Part shown: positions 1-9,798 of the stretch, one piece after another
How the letters are laid out: every line of letters begins with the position of its first letter
How positions within the stretch are numbered: the first letter of the stretch is position 1
Assembly: GCA_001464375.1 (NCBI GenBank)
Contig: LNEW01000220.1
Coordinates: 1,228 to 65,227, forward strand
DNA: 64,000 bases
DNA from: Rhodospirillales bacterium Ga0074136
Lineage (GTDB): Bacteria > Pseudomonadota > Alphaproteobacteria > Acetobacterales > Acetobacteraceae
Direction of reading: 5' to 3'
Notes under the pieces: model-generated
Databases searched by the model: none
What the model saw: only the letters and a program-made list of their open reading frames with translations
What the model was told of the DNA's origin: nothing
Position numbers and translations under genes: made by a program

Positions 1-709
1 GCCGCCGCGCGAACCATCCTGCGCGGCGTAGCACGCGGGTCGTCGCTGCCGCCGCCAGGAAGGCCACCGCCGCGGCGCACACGTGATGCAGACCGGAACC
101 GCAATCCAGCCGGTTCGGGTTCACCGCCGCCAGGATGCGCGGCGCCGGGCCCTCGGCCTTGTGGTGGTCCAGCACGACCACGTCGGCACGGCCCTCGGCG
201 GCCGCCAGCGCCTCCGCTGCGGCGATCCCGCAATCGACGCACACGACCAGCGAGGCACCACGGTCACAGAGCGCGGCGATCGCGGCCGCGTTCGGCCCGT
301 AGCCTTCCTTCAGCCGGTCGGGAACATAGGGCGTGACCTCGCAGCCCAGGTCGCGCAGGAAACGCGACATCAGCGCGCCGGAACACGCGCCATCCACGTC
401 GTAGTCACCGAACACCGCGACATGTTCGTCGCTGCGCACGGCGGCGGCGATGCGGTCCGCCGCCAGGTCCATGTCGATGAGCGATGACGGGTCGGGCATC
501 ATCGCCTTTAGCGTCGGTTCCAGGTAGTCGCCCGCCAGGTCGATCCCGATGCCGCGCGCGGCCAGCAGCCGCCCCACCATCTCGGGCACGCCGAGCCGCT
601 GCGCGATGCCGAGCCCCATGCGCGTATCGGCAGCGCGCCACACCCAGCGTCGCCCGGTGACGCTGCGCGCGACCCCCAGCACCGGCGCCTGTGGCGCCTG
701 CCCGTCCAT
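1..709 (-). CDS. recJ: single-stranded-DNA-specific exonuclease RecJ, N-terminal part (gene runs off the left edge)
   Basis: Own translation of the minus strand from ATG 709..707: MDGQAPQAPVLGVARSVTGRRWVWR...PEMVGRLLAARGI...HVAVFGDYDVDGACSGALM...PDRLKEGYGPN...VCVDCGI...VVLDHH (DHH-family RecJ motifs). ATGA overlap with the glpX stop. Absent from the ORF track because it is open at the window edge. hom-glpX-recJ synteny is common in Alphaproteobacteria. Confidence 0.85.
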   Translation of the reverse strand, partial: MDGQAPQAPVLGVARSVTGRRWVWRAADTRMGLGIAQRLGVPEMVGRLLAARGIGIDLAGDYLEPTLKAMMPDPSSLIDMDLAADRIAAAVRSDEHVAVFGDYDVDGACSGALMSRFLRDLGCEVTPYVPDRLKEGYGPNAAAIAALCDRGASLVVCVDCGIAAAEALAAAEGRADVVVLDHHKAEGPAPRILAAVNPNRLDCGSGLHHVCAAAVAFLAAAATTRVLRRAGWFARR

Positions 710-1719
710 CAGGCGACGAAGGCGCTGGGCTTGCGCGCGAAGTTGTGGTGGCCCTCCACGTAGCGGACCGTGCCGGATTTAGACCGCATCACGATCGAAT
801 GGGTATAGGCGCCGCCGGGCGTCCGGCGCACGCCGCGCAGCATGGCGCCGGAGGTCACGCCGGTGGCGGCGAACATGACGTTGCCGCGCGCCATTTCCTC
901 GATCGAATAGATCCTGTTGGGATCGCTGATGCCCATGGATCTTGCGCGGGCCACCTGGTCCTCGTCCTCGAACATCAGCCGCCCCTGCATCTGGCCGCCG
1001 ATGCAGCGCAGCGCGGCGGCGGCCAGCACGCCCTCCGGCGCACCGCCCGATCCCATGTAGATGTCGATGCCGGCCTCGAGCTGACTGACGTTGATCACGC
1101 CCGCCACGTCGCCATCGCCCAGCAGCGTGATGCGCGCGCCGGCGGCACGGCAGGCCTTGATGAGGTCCTTGTGGCGGTCGCGGTCCAGCGTGCAGACCAT
1201 CAGGTCGCTGATCTCGCAGCCCTTGGCCTTGGCCAGTTCGCGCAGGTTCTCGGCCGGCGAGGCATCGATGTGCACCACGCCGTCCGGCAGGCCCGGGCCG
1301 ATGGCGAGCTTGTCCATGTAGATGTCGGGGGCGTGCAGGAAACCGCCCTTCTCGGCCAGCGCCACGGTGGCGATGGCGTTGGGCCCGCCCTTGGCGGTGA
1401 TCGAGGTGCCCTCCAGCGGATCGACCGCGATGTCGACCTCCGGACCGCCGCCGGCCTTGGCATACAGCCCGACCTTCTCGCCGATATAAAGCATCGGCGC
1501 CTCGTCCATCTCGCCCTCGCCGATCACGACCGTGCCGGTGATGGCGACGGTGTCGAAGGCGCGGCGCATGGCTTCCACCGCGGCGCCGTCGGCGGCGTTC
1601 TTGTCGCCGCGGCCGATCCAGCGGGAGGCGGCCAGCGCGGCGGCTTCGGTCACCCGCACCAGTTCCAGCGCCAGGTTGCGGTCGACGAGAAGACTGGAAA
1701 GGTCGGCGCTTTCTGGCAT
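709..1719 (-). CDS. glpX: fructose-1,6-bisphosphatase class II (GlpX)
   Basis: Inner part of ORF 709..1941 starting at MPESADLSSLLVDRNLALELVRVTEAAALAASRWIGRGDKNAADGAAV...IGEGEMDEAPMLYIGEKVG...VDPLEGT. Full-length GlpX-like sequence. ATG at 1719 confirmed in the sequence. Confidence 0.93.
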   Translation of the reverse strand: MPESADLSSLLVDRNLALELVRVTEAAALAASRWIGRGDKNAADGAAVEAMRRAFDTVAITGTVVIGEGEMDEAPMLYIGEKVGLYAKAGGGPEVDIAVDPLEGTSITAKGGPNAIATVALAEKGGFLHAPDIYMDKLAIGPGLPDGVVHIDASPAENLRELAKAKGCEISDLMVCTLDRDRHKDLIKACRAAGARITLLGDGDVAGVINVSQLEAGIDIYMGSGGAPEGVLAAAALRCIGGQMQGRLMFEDEDQVARARSMGISDPNRIYSIEEMARGNVMFAATGVTSGAMLRGVRRTPGGAYTHSIVMRSKSGTVRYVEGHHNFARKPSAFVA

Positions 1720-1798
1720 TGGGGCTTCCTCCGAATCGGCCGGCGGGCGCGGCACCGCCCGCCCGTTGCATTGCCAATAGCCGGAATCGCGCCGCGCG

Positions 1799-2257
1799 TC
1801 AGCGCACGGAGAGCAGCGGCGCCCCCGACCGGCAGGCCTCGGCGGTTGCCGGGCTGCCGCTGCGCTGCACGCGGAAGAACGAACAGCCCGGCCCCTGCAC
1901 CATGCCTTCGATCTGCGCGCCATCCCCGGACAGCCGCCCATCGAGCCCGACCATCAGGTAGTTCGGCGGGCGCCTGAGCCAGCGCAGCGCCGCCAGCGCG
2001 ACATCGCCCGTCGCGGGCGTGAAGCGGCCCTGCATCTCGAAGCAGCCGGTCGGTACGTCCGGGTTGTCCGGCGCCGCCTCGAAGTGGAACAGCGCGGAGA
2101 GCGAGCCGTCCTTGCGCGGTTCGATGGTCAGCGCCAGCGCGGTATTGCCCTGCGCGCAGATGTAGTCGCCACGCCAGGTGCCGCGTAGTTCCTCCTGCGC
2201 GGCGGCCGGTGCCGCGGCCAGCACGGCCGCCAGCAGCGCGGCGGCCGCGTGCCTCAC
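1799..2257 (-). CDS. secreted hypothetical protein (152 aa)
   Basis: 3' part of ORF 1799..3310. GTG at 2257 overlaps the hom stop (GTGA). N-terminus V/MRHAAAALLAAVLAAAPAAAQ looks like a Sec signal peptide. No family recognised. Confidence 0.55.
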   Translation of the reverse strand: MRHAAAALLAAVLAAAPAAAQEELRGTWRGDYICAQGNTALALTIEPRKDGSLSALFHFEAAPDNPDVPTGCFEMQGRFTPATGDVALAALRWLRRPPNYLMVGLDGRLSGDGAQIEGMVQGPGCSFFRVQRSGSPATAEACRSGAPLLSVR

Positions 2258-3546
2258 AGCGATTCGATCCGGATCAGCGCCGGCTTCTCCACCACCGCAT
2301 CCAGCGCGGCGATGCGCGCGAGGGCCGCGCGCACCGATGCCTCGCTGGTCTCGTGCGTGGTCAGCACGACCGGCACCGCCTCGCCCGGCGCGCGGCCGCG
2401 CTGGAGCATGGATTCCAGGCTGATCGCATTGTCGCGCAACACGCCGGTCACGTCGGCGATGACGCCCGGGCGGTCCACCACCATCAGGCGCAGATAGTAG
2501 GCGCCGGTGTGGCGGTCCATCGGCAACGACGGCTCGGGCTTCAGCGCCGCGGCCGCCGCGCCCCAGACCGGGGTGAAGCGCCCGCGCGCGATGTCGATGA
2601 GGTCCGCCACCACGGCGGATGCCGTCGGACCACCACCCGCGCCGCGGCCTTCCATCATGATGCGGCCGACGAAATCGCCTTCCGCCACCACCGCGTTGAA
2701 CACGCCATCGACGCGCGCGATGGGTGCGGTGGCGGGCACCATGCAGGGGTGCACGCGGGTCGAGATGCCGCCCTCCTCGCGCCGCGCGATGCCCAGCAGC
2801 TTGATCCGGTAGCCCAGCTCCTCGGCGAGCGAGATATCCAGCGCGCTGACCTCGCGGATGCCCTCGACATGCACCGCCGCGAAATCGACCGGCCGGCCGA
2901 ACGCGAGGGCGGCCAGGATGGCCAGCTTGTGCGCCGCGTCGATGCCGTCGATGTCGAAGGACGGGTCGGCCTCCGCGTAACCGAGCTTCTGCGCTTCGTT
3001 CAGCACTTCGGAGAATTCGCGCTTCTGCTCGCGCATGGTGGTCAGGATGTAGTTGCAGGTGCCGTTGAGGATGCCGGCGACGCGCGAGATCCGGTTGGCG
3101 GCGAGCCCTTCGCGCAGCGCCTTGATGGCGGGGATGCCGCCGGCGACCGACGCCTCGAAGGCCAGCGCGACGCCCTTCGCCTCGGCGGTGCTGGCCAACG
3201 CCGCGCCGTGCGTCGCCAGCAGCGCCTTGTTCGCGGTGACCACGTGCTTGCCGGCGGCCAGCGCGGCCTCGACCAGCGCCTTCGCCGGCCCGTCCGAGCC
3301 GCCGATGCATTCCACCACAACCTCGACCTGCGGGTCGGATGCCATCGCCACCGGGTCGTCGTACCAGCGCAACCCGGCCACCGGCACGCCGCGGTCGCGC
3401 GCGCGGTCGCGGGCCGAGACGGCGGTCACCGCAATCGGGCGACCGGCGCGCGCGGCGATGATGTCCGCATTCGCGCGCAGGACATTCACAACACCGGCGC
3501 CGACCGTGCCCAGGCCGGCGACCGCGACGGAAACGGGGCGGCTCAT
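2254..3546 (-). CDS. hom: homoserine dehydrogenase
   Basis: Inner part of ORF 2254..4182 from MSRPVSVAVAGLGTVGAGVV... NAD-binding N-terminus, catalytic domain and C-terminal ACT-like domain (YYLRLMVVDRPGVIADVTGVL). ATG at 3546 overlaps the stop of the upstream aminotransferase (ATGA). Confidence 0.93.
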   Translation of the reverse strand: MSRPVSVAVAGLGTVGAGVVNVLRANADIIAARAGRPIAVTAVSARDRARDRGVPVAGLRWYDDPVAMASDPQVEVVVECIGGSDGPAKALVEAALAAGKHVVTANKALLATHGAALASTAEAKGVALAFEASVAGGIPAIKALREGLAANRISRVAGILNGTCNYILTTMREQKREFSEVLNEAQKLGYAEADPSFDIDGIDAAHKLAILAALAFGRPVDFAAVHVEGIREVSALDISLAEELGYRIKLLGIARREEGGISTRVHPCMVPATAPIARVDGVFNAVVAEGDFVGRIMMEGRGAGGGPTASAVVADLIDIARGRFTPVWGAAAAALKPEPSLPMDRHTGAYYLRLMVVDRPGVIADVTGVLRDNAISLESMLQRGRAPGEAVPVVLTTHETSEASVRAALARIAALDAVVEKPALIRIESL

Positions 3547-4763
3547 GCGTTCATTGCTTCCTGTTGTGCGTCCACCGGCGCGGCGTTGTCGCCGGACAGG
3601 AACGTCTTGATGCCCCGCAGCGCCTGGCGGATGCGGTGGTTGTTCTCGACCAGCGCGATTCGGACGTGCTCGTCGCCATGTTCGCCGAAGCCGAGCCCCG
3701 GGGCGACCGCGACCTTCGCCTTCTCGAGCAGCAGCTTCGAGAAACCGACCGACCCCAGGTGCCGGAAGCGCTGGGGTATCGGTGCCCACATGAACATCGA
3801 CGCCTCCGGCGCCGGCACGTCCCAGCCGGCGGCGCGCAGGCCCTTCACCAGCACGTCGCGGCGGTCCTTGTAGAGCACCCGCATCTCCGCGATGCAGTCC
3901 TGCGGTCCGTTCAGCGCGGCGGTGGCGGCGATCTGGATCGGCGCGAAGGCGCCGTAGTCGAGATACGACTTCACCCGCGCCAGGGCCGCGATCAGCCGCG
4001 GATTGCCCGCCGCGAAGCCCATGCGCCAGCCCGGCATGTTGTAGGTCTTGGACATCGAGGTGAATTCGACCGTGATGTCCTTCGCCCCTTCGACTTCCAG
4101 CACCGAGGGCGGCGGCGTGTCGCCGAAATACAATTCGGCATAGGCAAGGTCGGACAGGATGAACAGCTCGTGCCGCCGGCACAGCGCGACCATCTCGCGG
4201 TAGAAGTCGATGCCCGCCACCAGCGCCGTCGGGTTCGACGGGAAGTTCACGATCACCGCGGTCGGCTTGGGCACGGAATGGCGCACGGCGCGGTCGATCG
4301 CCGAGAGCATGTCGTCATCGGGCGTATACGGGATGGAGCGCACCGAGGCGCCGGCGATGATGAAGCCGAACTGGTGGATCGGGTAGGACGGGTTGGGTAC
4401 CAGGATGGTGTCGCCCGGGCTGCTGATGGCCTGCGCCAGGTTGGCCAGCCCCTCCTTCGAGCCCAGCGTGGCGACCACCTCGGTCTCCGGGTCCAGCTTC
4501 ACGCCGAAGCGGCGGTCGTAGTAGCCCGCCAGGGCCTTCCGCAGCCCGGGGATGCCCTTCGACATCGAATAGCGATGCGTGCGCGGGTCCTGCACCGCCT
4601 CGATCAGCTTGGCGACGATGTGCGGGGGCGTCGGGCTGTCGGGATTGCCCATGCCGAGGTCGACGATGTCCTCCGCCGCCGCGCGCGCGCTGGCCTTCGC
4701 CGCGTTCACCTCGGCGAAGACATAGGGCGGCAGGCGGCGGATGCGGTGGAAATCCTCGGTCAT
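3543..4763 (-). CDS. class I/II pyridoxal-phosphate aminotransferase (AlaC / LL-DAP-aminotransferase-like)
   Basis: ORF 406 aa: MTEDFHRIRRLPPYVFAEVN...GNPDSPTP...SMSKTYNMPGWRMGF (PLP-lysine motif SxSK). Exact substrate cannot be read from the sequence. Confidence 0.85.
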   Translation of the reverse strand: MTEDFHRIRRLPPYVFAEVNAAKASARAAAEDIVDLGMGNPDSPTPPHIVAKLIEAVQDPRTHRYSMSKGIPGLRKALAGYYDRRFGVKLDPETEVVATLGSKEGLANLAQAISSPGDTILVPNPSYPIHQFGFIIAGASVRSIPYTPDDDMLSAIDRAVRHSVPKPTAVIVNFPSNPTALVAGIDFYREMVALCRRHELFILSDLAYAELYFGDTPPPSVLEVEGAKDITVEFTSMSKTYNMPGWRMGFAAGNPRLIAALARVKSYLDYGAFAPIQIAATAALNGPQDCIAEMRVLYKDRRDVLVKGLRAAGWDVPAPEASMFMWAPIPQRFRHLGSVGFSKLLLEKAKVAVAPGLGFGEHGDEHVRIALVENNHRIRQALRGIKTFLSGDNAAPVDAQQEAMNA

Positions 4764-4833
4764 GGCGATGGTCCGTGGTGGAAGGGCGGCGACCTATAGA
4801 GCAAGCCCCGCGCAGTGTGTATCGGCGCGCGCC

Positions 4834-5478
4834 TCAGCGGGTCCGCGGGGCGAGCAGATCCGGCGGCGGCAGCGGTGGCGGGGCGGCGCCGGGTGCGAGC
4901 AATTCGGCCGGCGGCGGGGGCGGCGGGGCGGTGTCCATCACGGCTGGGGCCGCGACCGGGGCAGGACGGGTTGGCACCGGCGCGGCCGGGCCAGGCGGCG
5001 GAGCGGCCGGGGTCACCGGGGGCATTCCGGGCGAATCCCAGGGTATGCGCGGCGCTGGCGGGATCGGCGCCGGGCCGGGCGGGCGCATCGCCATGCTGCT
5101 GTTCCCCGGCGTGCCGGAGGGACGCATCGGCTCGGGCCGCATCTCGGGGTCGAGCGGGTTGCGGCTGCGCTGGCGTTCCTCGGCCAGGGCCGCGGTCAGC
5201 GCGTCGCGCACCGCCGGGTCGGCCAGCACAGGGCGCGCCGGGATGGTGCCGAGGTTGGGGAAGTCCTGGTCGGTGCCTGGTGGGGGTTCGCGTCCTTCGA
5301 AGGCCGGGCCGGTCACGCGGGCGAACAGCGGCCCGATCGCCGAGGGCCCCTGCCCCGGGCTGCATCCCGCCGCCAGCAGCGCCAGGCACAGGGCGAGCAC
5401 GACCGGCCGCGCTTGCCCGGCACCTGCCCGGCCCCTACCGTGGACCGACACGATCGCGTGGCCCGTCGTCCAGGTCAT
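4834..5478 (-). CDS. proline-rich lipoprotein, hypothetical
   Basis: Inner start of ORF 4834..5769 at MTWTTGH... Lipobox LALLAAGC, then a Pro-rich C-terminus (PPPPPPAELLAPGAAPPPLPPP). Start site uncertain. Confidence 0.55.
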   Translation of the reverse strand: MTWTTGHAIVSVHGRGRAGAGQARPVVLALCLALLAAGCSPGQGPSAIGPLFARVTGPAFEGREPPPGTDQDFPNLGTIPARPVLADPAVRDALTAALAEERQRSRNPLDPEMRPEPMRPSGTPGNSSMAMRPPGPAPIPPAPRIPWDSPGMPPVTPAAPPPGPAAPVPTRPAPVAAPAVMDTAPPPPPPAELLAPGAAPPPLPPPDLLAPRTR

Positions 5479-5566
5479 GCCGCCTCTGTTCCCGTCATGC
5501 GGAAGCGGTAACCCGAATCGGCCGGAGCGCGAAGCCGGGCATGCCGCCCCACGGACCGGAACACGA

Positions 5567-7369
5567 ATGGCCGACAAAGATCCCCCGAACACCGCCGCCT
5601 TCCGGCTGCCCGACCCGGCGCTGGTCAGCCGGACCATGGCGGATGTGGCGGAACGCGGGCAGCGCATCGTGTCGGACTTCCTCAAGCGCCAGTCGGATGG
5701 GTCGACCGACCCCGATCCCCTCAAGATCGGCCATGCCTTCCTGGAGATGACGCAGCGGCTGATGGCCAATCCGGCACGCCTGGTGCAGGCGCAGCTCGGC
5801 TTCTGGCACGACTACCTCACGCTCTGGCAGAACACGGCGCGGCGCATGATGGGGGACGTGCCCCAGCCGGTGATCGCCGAGGACGACAAGGACCGCCGCT
5901 TCAAGGACGACGCCTGGCGCGACCACGAGGTCTTCGACTTCATCCGCCAATCCTACCTGCTGTCGGCGCGCTACTTCCGGTCCGTGGTGGAAGGCACCGA
6001 GGGCCTCGAGCCCAAGACCGCGCAGAAGGTGGATTTCTACACGCGGCAATTCGTCGATGCGATGAGCCCGACCAACTTCCTGATGACCAACCCCGAGGTG
6101 CTGCGCCGCACTGCGGAATCAGGCGGCGAGAACCTGCTCCGCGGGCTGTCGAACCTGCTGAGCGACCTCGAACGCGGCCGCGGCAAGCTGCGCATCCGCA
6201 TGACCGACGACACCAAGTTCCAGGTCGGCGAGAACATCGCGGTCACGCCGGGCAAGGTGGTGTTCCAGAACGACCTGATGCAACTGATCCAGTATGCCCC
6301 CAGCACCGAGACGGTGCTGAAGCGCCCGCTGCTGATCATCCCGCCCTGGATCAACAAGTTCTACATCCTGGATCTGCGGCCGAAGAATTCCTTCATCCGC
6401 TGGGCAGTGGACCAGGGCCACACGGTCTTTGTCATCTCGTGGGTCAACCCGGACGAGGCGCTGGGCGAGAAGGGCTTCGAGGACTACATGCTCGAAGGCC
6501 CCTATGCCGCGCTGGGTGCGATCGAGCAGGCGACCGGCGAGAAGGGTGCCAACGTCATCGGGTATTGCCTCGGCGGGACGCTGCTGGCCTCGACGCTCGC
6601 GCACATGGCGTCGAAGCGCGACACGCGGGTGAAGTCCGCCACCTTCTTCACGACCATGGTGGATTTCGAGGAAGCCGGCGAACTCGGCGTGTTCATCGAC
6701 GAGGAACAACTCGCCGCGCTCGAGGACAAGATGCAGAAGGTCGGCTTCCTCGAAGGCCGCGAGATGGCGACCACCTTCAACATGCTGCGCGCCAACGACC
6801 TGATCTGGTCCTTCGTGGTCAACAACTACCTGATGGGCCAGGAGCCCTTCCCCTTCGACCTGCTGTACTGGAACGATGATTCCACGCGCATGCCGGCGAA
6901 GATGCATTCCTTCTACCTGCGCCGCATGTACCAGCAGAACGACCTGGTGAAGCCGGGCGGCATCGACCTGCTCGGCGTCAAGCTCGACCTGCGCAAGATC
7001 AAGGTTCCGACCTACATCCTGAGCACGCGCGAGGACCATATCGCGCCGTGGAAATCCACCTATCGCGCCACGCAGCTCTACAAGGGGCCGATACGCTTCG
7101 TACTGGCCGCTTCAGGTCACATCGCCGGCGTGGCCAACCCGCCCGATGCCGGCAAGTACAGCCACTGGGTGCACGACGACATGCCGCGTGATCCCGACGA
7201 ATGGTTCAAGGGCGCGACGGAACTGGCCGGGTCCTGGTGGCCGGATTGGCACCGCTGGGTCGCCGGCCTGGATCGCACGCAGGTGCCCGCGCGCCAGCCC
7301 GGCGACGGCGCGCTGACGCCGATCGAGGACGCGCCCGGGTCCTATGTGAAGGTCATGGCGACCGACTGA
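5567..7369 (+). CDS. phaC: class I poly(3-hydroxyalkanoate) synthase
   Basis: Inner part of ORF 4775..7369 from MADKDPPNTAAFRLPDPALV... Lipase-box GYCLGG, conserved WNDDSTRMPA and HIAP motifs. About 600 aa, as expected for class I PhaC. Confidence 0.93.
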   Translation: MADKDPPNTAAFRLPDPALVSRTMADVAERGQRIVSDFLKRQSDGSTDPDPLKIGHAFLEMTQRLMANPARLVQAQLGFWHDYLTLWQNTARRMMGDVPQPVIAEDDKDRRFKDDAWRDHEVFDFIRQSYLLSARYFRSVVEGTEGLEPKTAQKVDFYTRQFVDAMSPTNFLMTNPEVLRRTAESGGENLLRGLSNLLSDLERGRGKLRIRMTDDTKFQVGENIAVTPGKVVFQNDLMQLIQYAPSTETVLKRPLLIIPPWINKFYILDLRPKNSFIRWAVDQGHTVFVISWVNPDEALGEKGFEDYMLEGPYAALGAIEQATGEKGANVIGYCLGGTLLASTLAHMASKRDTRVKSATFFTTMVDFEEAGELGVFIDEEQLAALEDKMQKVGFLEGREMATTFNMLRANDLIWSFVVNNYLMGQEPFPFDLLYWNDDSTRMPAKMHSFYLRRMYQQNDLVKPGGIDLLGVKLDLRKIKVPTYILSTREDHIAPWKSTYRATQLYKGPIRFVLAASGHIAGVANPPDAGKYSHWVHDDMPRDPDEWFKGATELAGSWWPDWHRWVAGLDRTQVPARQPGDGALTPIEDAPGSYVKVMATD

Positions 7370-7999
7370 CTATTCGCCGAGGCCGAGCCCATCCGTGATC
7401 GCCCCCGGCGCGCCGGCCTGCCACCAGTTCCCCGCGCCCGCCCAGCCGCGGTCGAGATCCAGCCGCCGCACGTCGCGCGCCAGCGCGGCCGTGGCCTGTT
7501 CGGCGGCCGGCAGCGGGCCGATGGCGCCCAGGCGGTCGAGCGTCGCCTCCCCGCCCGGTTCGAACAGGCTGGCGGGCAGCGCGGCGGCGGCACCCCCGCG
7601 GTCACCCGCGCGCAGCCGCGAAGCCGTGAGCGAGAGGGCGCGCACCACGTCCCCGCCTGGCGCGCGCTGCGCGATGCCCAAGGCAGCGCGCGTCTCGTCG
7701 CGCGCGGTACGCATTGCGATGCCGATCGAGGGCGACAGCGCCGGCCAGGCGCGGCGGTCGGCCACTTCCATCTCCAGCGCCTCGAGCCGCGCGATGGCGA
7801 GTGCGGCGTCTGCCGGGCGGCCCTGCACTGCCGCGCCCTGGTTCGTGAAGGCCGCCGCGGCTGCGAAGACCGCCGCGCGCAACGGTGCGCCCGAGCCTGG
7901 CGCACCGGCGAGGATCGCCGGCGGCGGGGTGGCGGGGGTGCGCAATTCCTCGCAGCCGAACAGGGCGATGGGTGCCAGCAGAAGGACGCGACGTTTCAT
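7370..7999 (-). CDS. lipoprotein, hypothetical (paralog of the next gene)
   Basis: Inner start MKRRVLLLAPIALFGCEE (lipobox) of ORF 7370..8269. Alignable by eye with the 8002..8586 product. Confidence 0.6.
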   Translation of the reverse strand: MKRRVLLLAPIALFGCEELRTPATPPPAILAGAPGSGAPLRAAVFAAAAAFTNQGAAVQGRPADAALAIARLEALEMEVADRRAWPALSPSIGIAMRTARDETRAALGIAQRAPGGDVVRALSLTASRLRAGDRGGAAAALPASLFEPGGEATLDRLGAIGPLPAAEQATAALARDVRRLDLDRGWAGAGNWWQAGAPGAITDGLGLGE

Positions 8000-8001
8000 C
8001 T

Positions 8002-8586
8002 TCACCGCCACCTGTCCCGACCGCCCTGGCGTTGGATGCGCCACATCTCGTTCTGCGCCATGGCAGCCGCCCAGGCGGTGCGCGGCAGTGCCGGCAGCGC
8101 ATCGAGCCGCGCGAAGGACGCCGCGCCACCCGGCGTGACCAGTGGCGGCGCCAGCGCGGCCTCCGCCGCCGTGCGGTCCTGCGCGCCGATGCCCATGCGC
8201 ACGCGCGTCATGGCATCGATCACCGTCTGCGGCAGCGCGGCTTCCTGGATGCCGAGGGCGCCGCGCCATTCCGGGCGCGCCTGCAGGAAGGCGATTTGCA
8301 CCACCGGCTGCATCTCGGTCCAGCGCTGGTTGGTGCTGAGGTCGATGGCCAGGAACTCGGCCTCGGAAATGGCCTGCGCCGCCTCCGCCGGGCGCCCGGC
8401 CAGGGCGCGCGGATTGCCGAAGACGAAGGCGGTATGGCCGATCGCCTGCCGAGCCGGGTCGGCCAGCGGATTGTTGGGGTCGGGGGGCAGGTAGACGACT
8501 GGCGGCGGCGGGCGGTTCGTGCAGCTGGCGACCACGCCCAGGGCCAGGGCCCCGGCAGCGCGTCGGGGCAGGCGGACCGGCGTCAT
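8002..8586 (-). CDS. lipoprotein, hypothetical (paralog of the previous gene)
   Basis: Inner start MTPVRLPRRAAGALALGVVASCTN (lipobox) of ORF 8002..8844. Shares GRPA(E/D)AA.AI, RAALGI/RGALGI and F..L(D)AL..LP blocks with 7370..7999. Confidence 0.6.
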   Translation of the reverse strand: MTPVRLPRRAAGALALGVVASCTNRPPPPVVYLPPDPNNPLADPARQAIGHTAFVFGNPRALAGRPAEAAQAISEAEFLAIDLSTNQRWTEMQPVVQIAFLQARPEWRGALGIQEAALPQTVIDAMTRVRMGIGAQDRTAAEAALAPPLVTPGGAASFARLDALPALPRTAWAAAMAQNEMWRIQRQGGRDRWR

Positions 8587-8635
8587 GGCGGTCACCTCCT
8601 GCCGGGGATGGACGCGCAGCATGGCACGCCCGGGA

Positions 8636-9613
8636 TCACAGGCAGCCGGCCGCGCGCGCGCGGGCGCGCACCAGCGACAGCACGGTGCGGCAGGTGGCGG
8701 CCGGTTCGCCGACCAGATCCGCCAGTTCGACCACCGCACCGAGCAGCGCCTCGACCTCCATCGGCCGGCCGCGCTCCAGGTCCTGCAGCATGGATGTCTT
8801 GTGCGCGCCGACCTCCGCCGCGCCGGCGATGCGCTTGTCGACATCGATGGCGAAGCGGATTCCCAACGCTTCCGCCACCCGCTGGCCTTCCAGCATCATG
8901 GTGCGGGCCACGCCACGCTGTTCGTCATCGGCCACCAGCACGTCCAGCGTCGCGGTGGTGAGTGCCGAGATCGGGTTGAAGGCCAGGTTGCCCCACAGCT
9001 TCACCCACAATTCATCGCGGATGCGCGGGCGCACCGGGGCCTTGAAGCCGGCGGCGATCAGCGCCTCGCTCAGCCGCTGCGCGCGCGGGCTGCGGCTGCC
9101 ATCGGGTTCGCCCAGCGAGAAGCGGTCGCCATAGGTGTGCTCGATGACGCCGGGTGCCGAGACCTCCGCGGCGGGATAGACGATGCAGCCGATCGCGCGC
9201 ATGGGCGGCAACAGGCGCGTCACCACGCCGCCAGGGTCGACGCTCTCGACGATGCGCCCGTCATGCGTGCCGCCGATGGCGTGGAAATACCACCAGGGCA
9301 CGCCATTCACGGCGCTGACGATGGCGGTTTCGGGGCCGATCAGCGGCTGCATCTGCTGCGCCGCAGCGGGCAGCGAATGCGCCTTCAGCGTGACCACGAC
9401 ATAATCCTGCGGGCCGGCTTCCACGGCGGTCGCGACGCAGCGCGGGCGGGCGACCACCTCCTGGCCCTCGCTGACCAGGCGCAGCCCGTCCGCCTGCATG
9501 GCCGCGAGGTGCGGGCCGCGGGCGATCACGGTCACGTCAACCTCACCCTTGAGCGCCAGCTTCGCGGCCATCAGCCCGCCGATGGCGCCGGCGCCGAAAA
9601 TGCAGATCCTCAT
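8636..9613 (-). CDS. panE: 2-dehydropantoate 2-reductase (ketopantoate reductase family)
   Basis: Inner start MRICIFGAGAIGG (Rossmann GxGxxG) of ORF 8636..9775. Contains ...KTSMLQDLERGRPMEVEAL, typical of ApbA/PanE. Confidence 0.8.
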   Translation of the reverse strand: MRICIFGAGAIGGLMAAKLALKGEVDVTVIARGPHLAAMQADGLRLVSEGQEVVARPRCVATAVEAGPQDYVVVTLKAHSLPAAAQQMQPLIGPETAIVSAVNGVPWWYFHAIGGTHDGRIVESVDPGGVVTRLLPPMRAIGCIVYPAAEVSAPGVIEHTYGDRFSLGEPDGSRSPRAQRLSEALIAAGFKAPVRPRIRDELWVKLWGNLAFNPISALTTATLDVLVADDEQRGVARTMMLEGQRVAEALGIRFAIDVDKRIAGAAEVGAHKTSMLQDLERGRPMEVEALLGAVVELADLVGEPAATCRTVLSLVRARARAAGCL

Positions 9614-9798
9614 CGGGGCCACTCGTCTCCAGGGCTTCGACGGGGAGTATGCCGGTGCGCCGTGCGCGCCGGAAGGGTACCGCGGACCATGCCGTGCGTC
9701 CCGCTGATCGCGGCAGTGTCCCGGGACAAGGTCCGTTGCGCACACGGGGCTGGCAGTTTGCCGCCGATGCCCCAACTCCCGAGGCTGGAGGATTCACC

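Noticed and set aside
1799-3310. 503-aa minus-strand ORF spanning the hom region
   Set aside because: Only the last 152 codons (a signal-peptide protein starting at GTG 2257) look protein-like. The remainder is a shadow frame of homoserine dehydrogenase.
4775-5566. 264-codon N-terminal extension of the phaC ORF
   Set aside because: The extension is Gly/Ala/Arg/Pro-rich and overlaps a more plausible minus-strand lipoprotein gene. PhaC similarity begins at MADKDPPNTAAF (ATG 5567).
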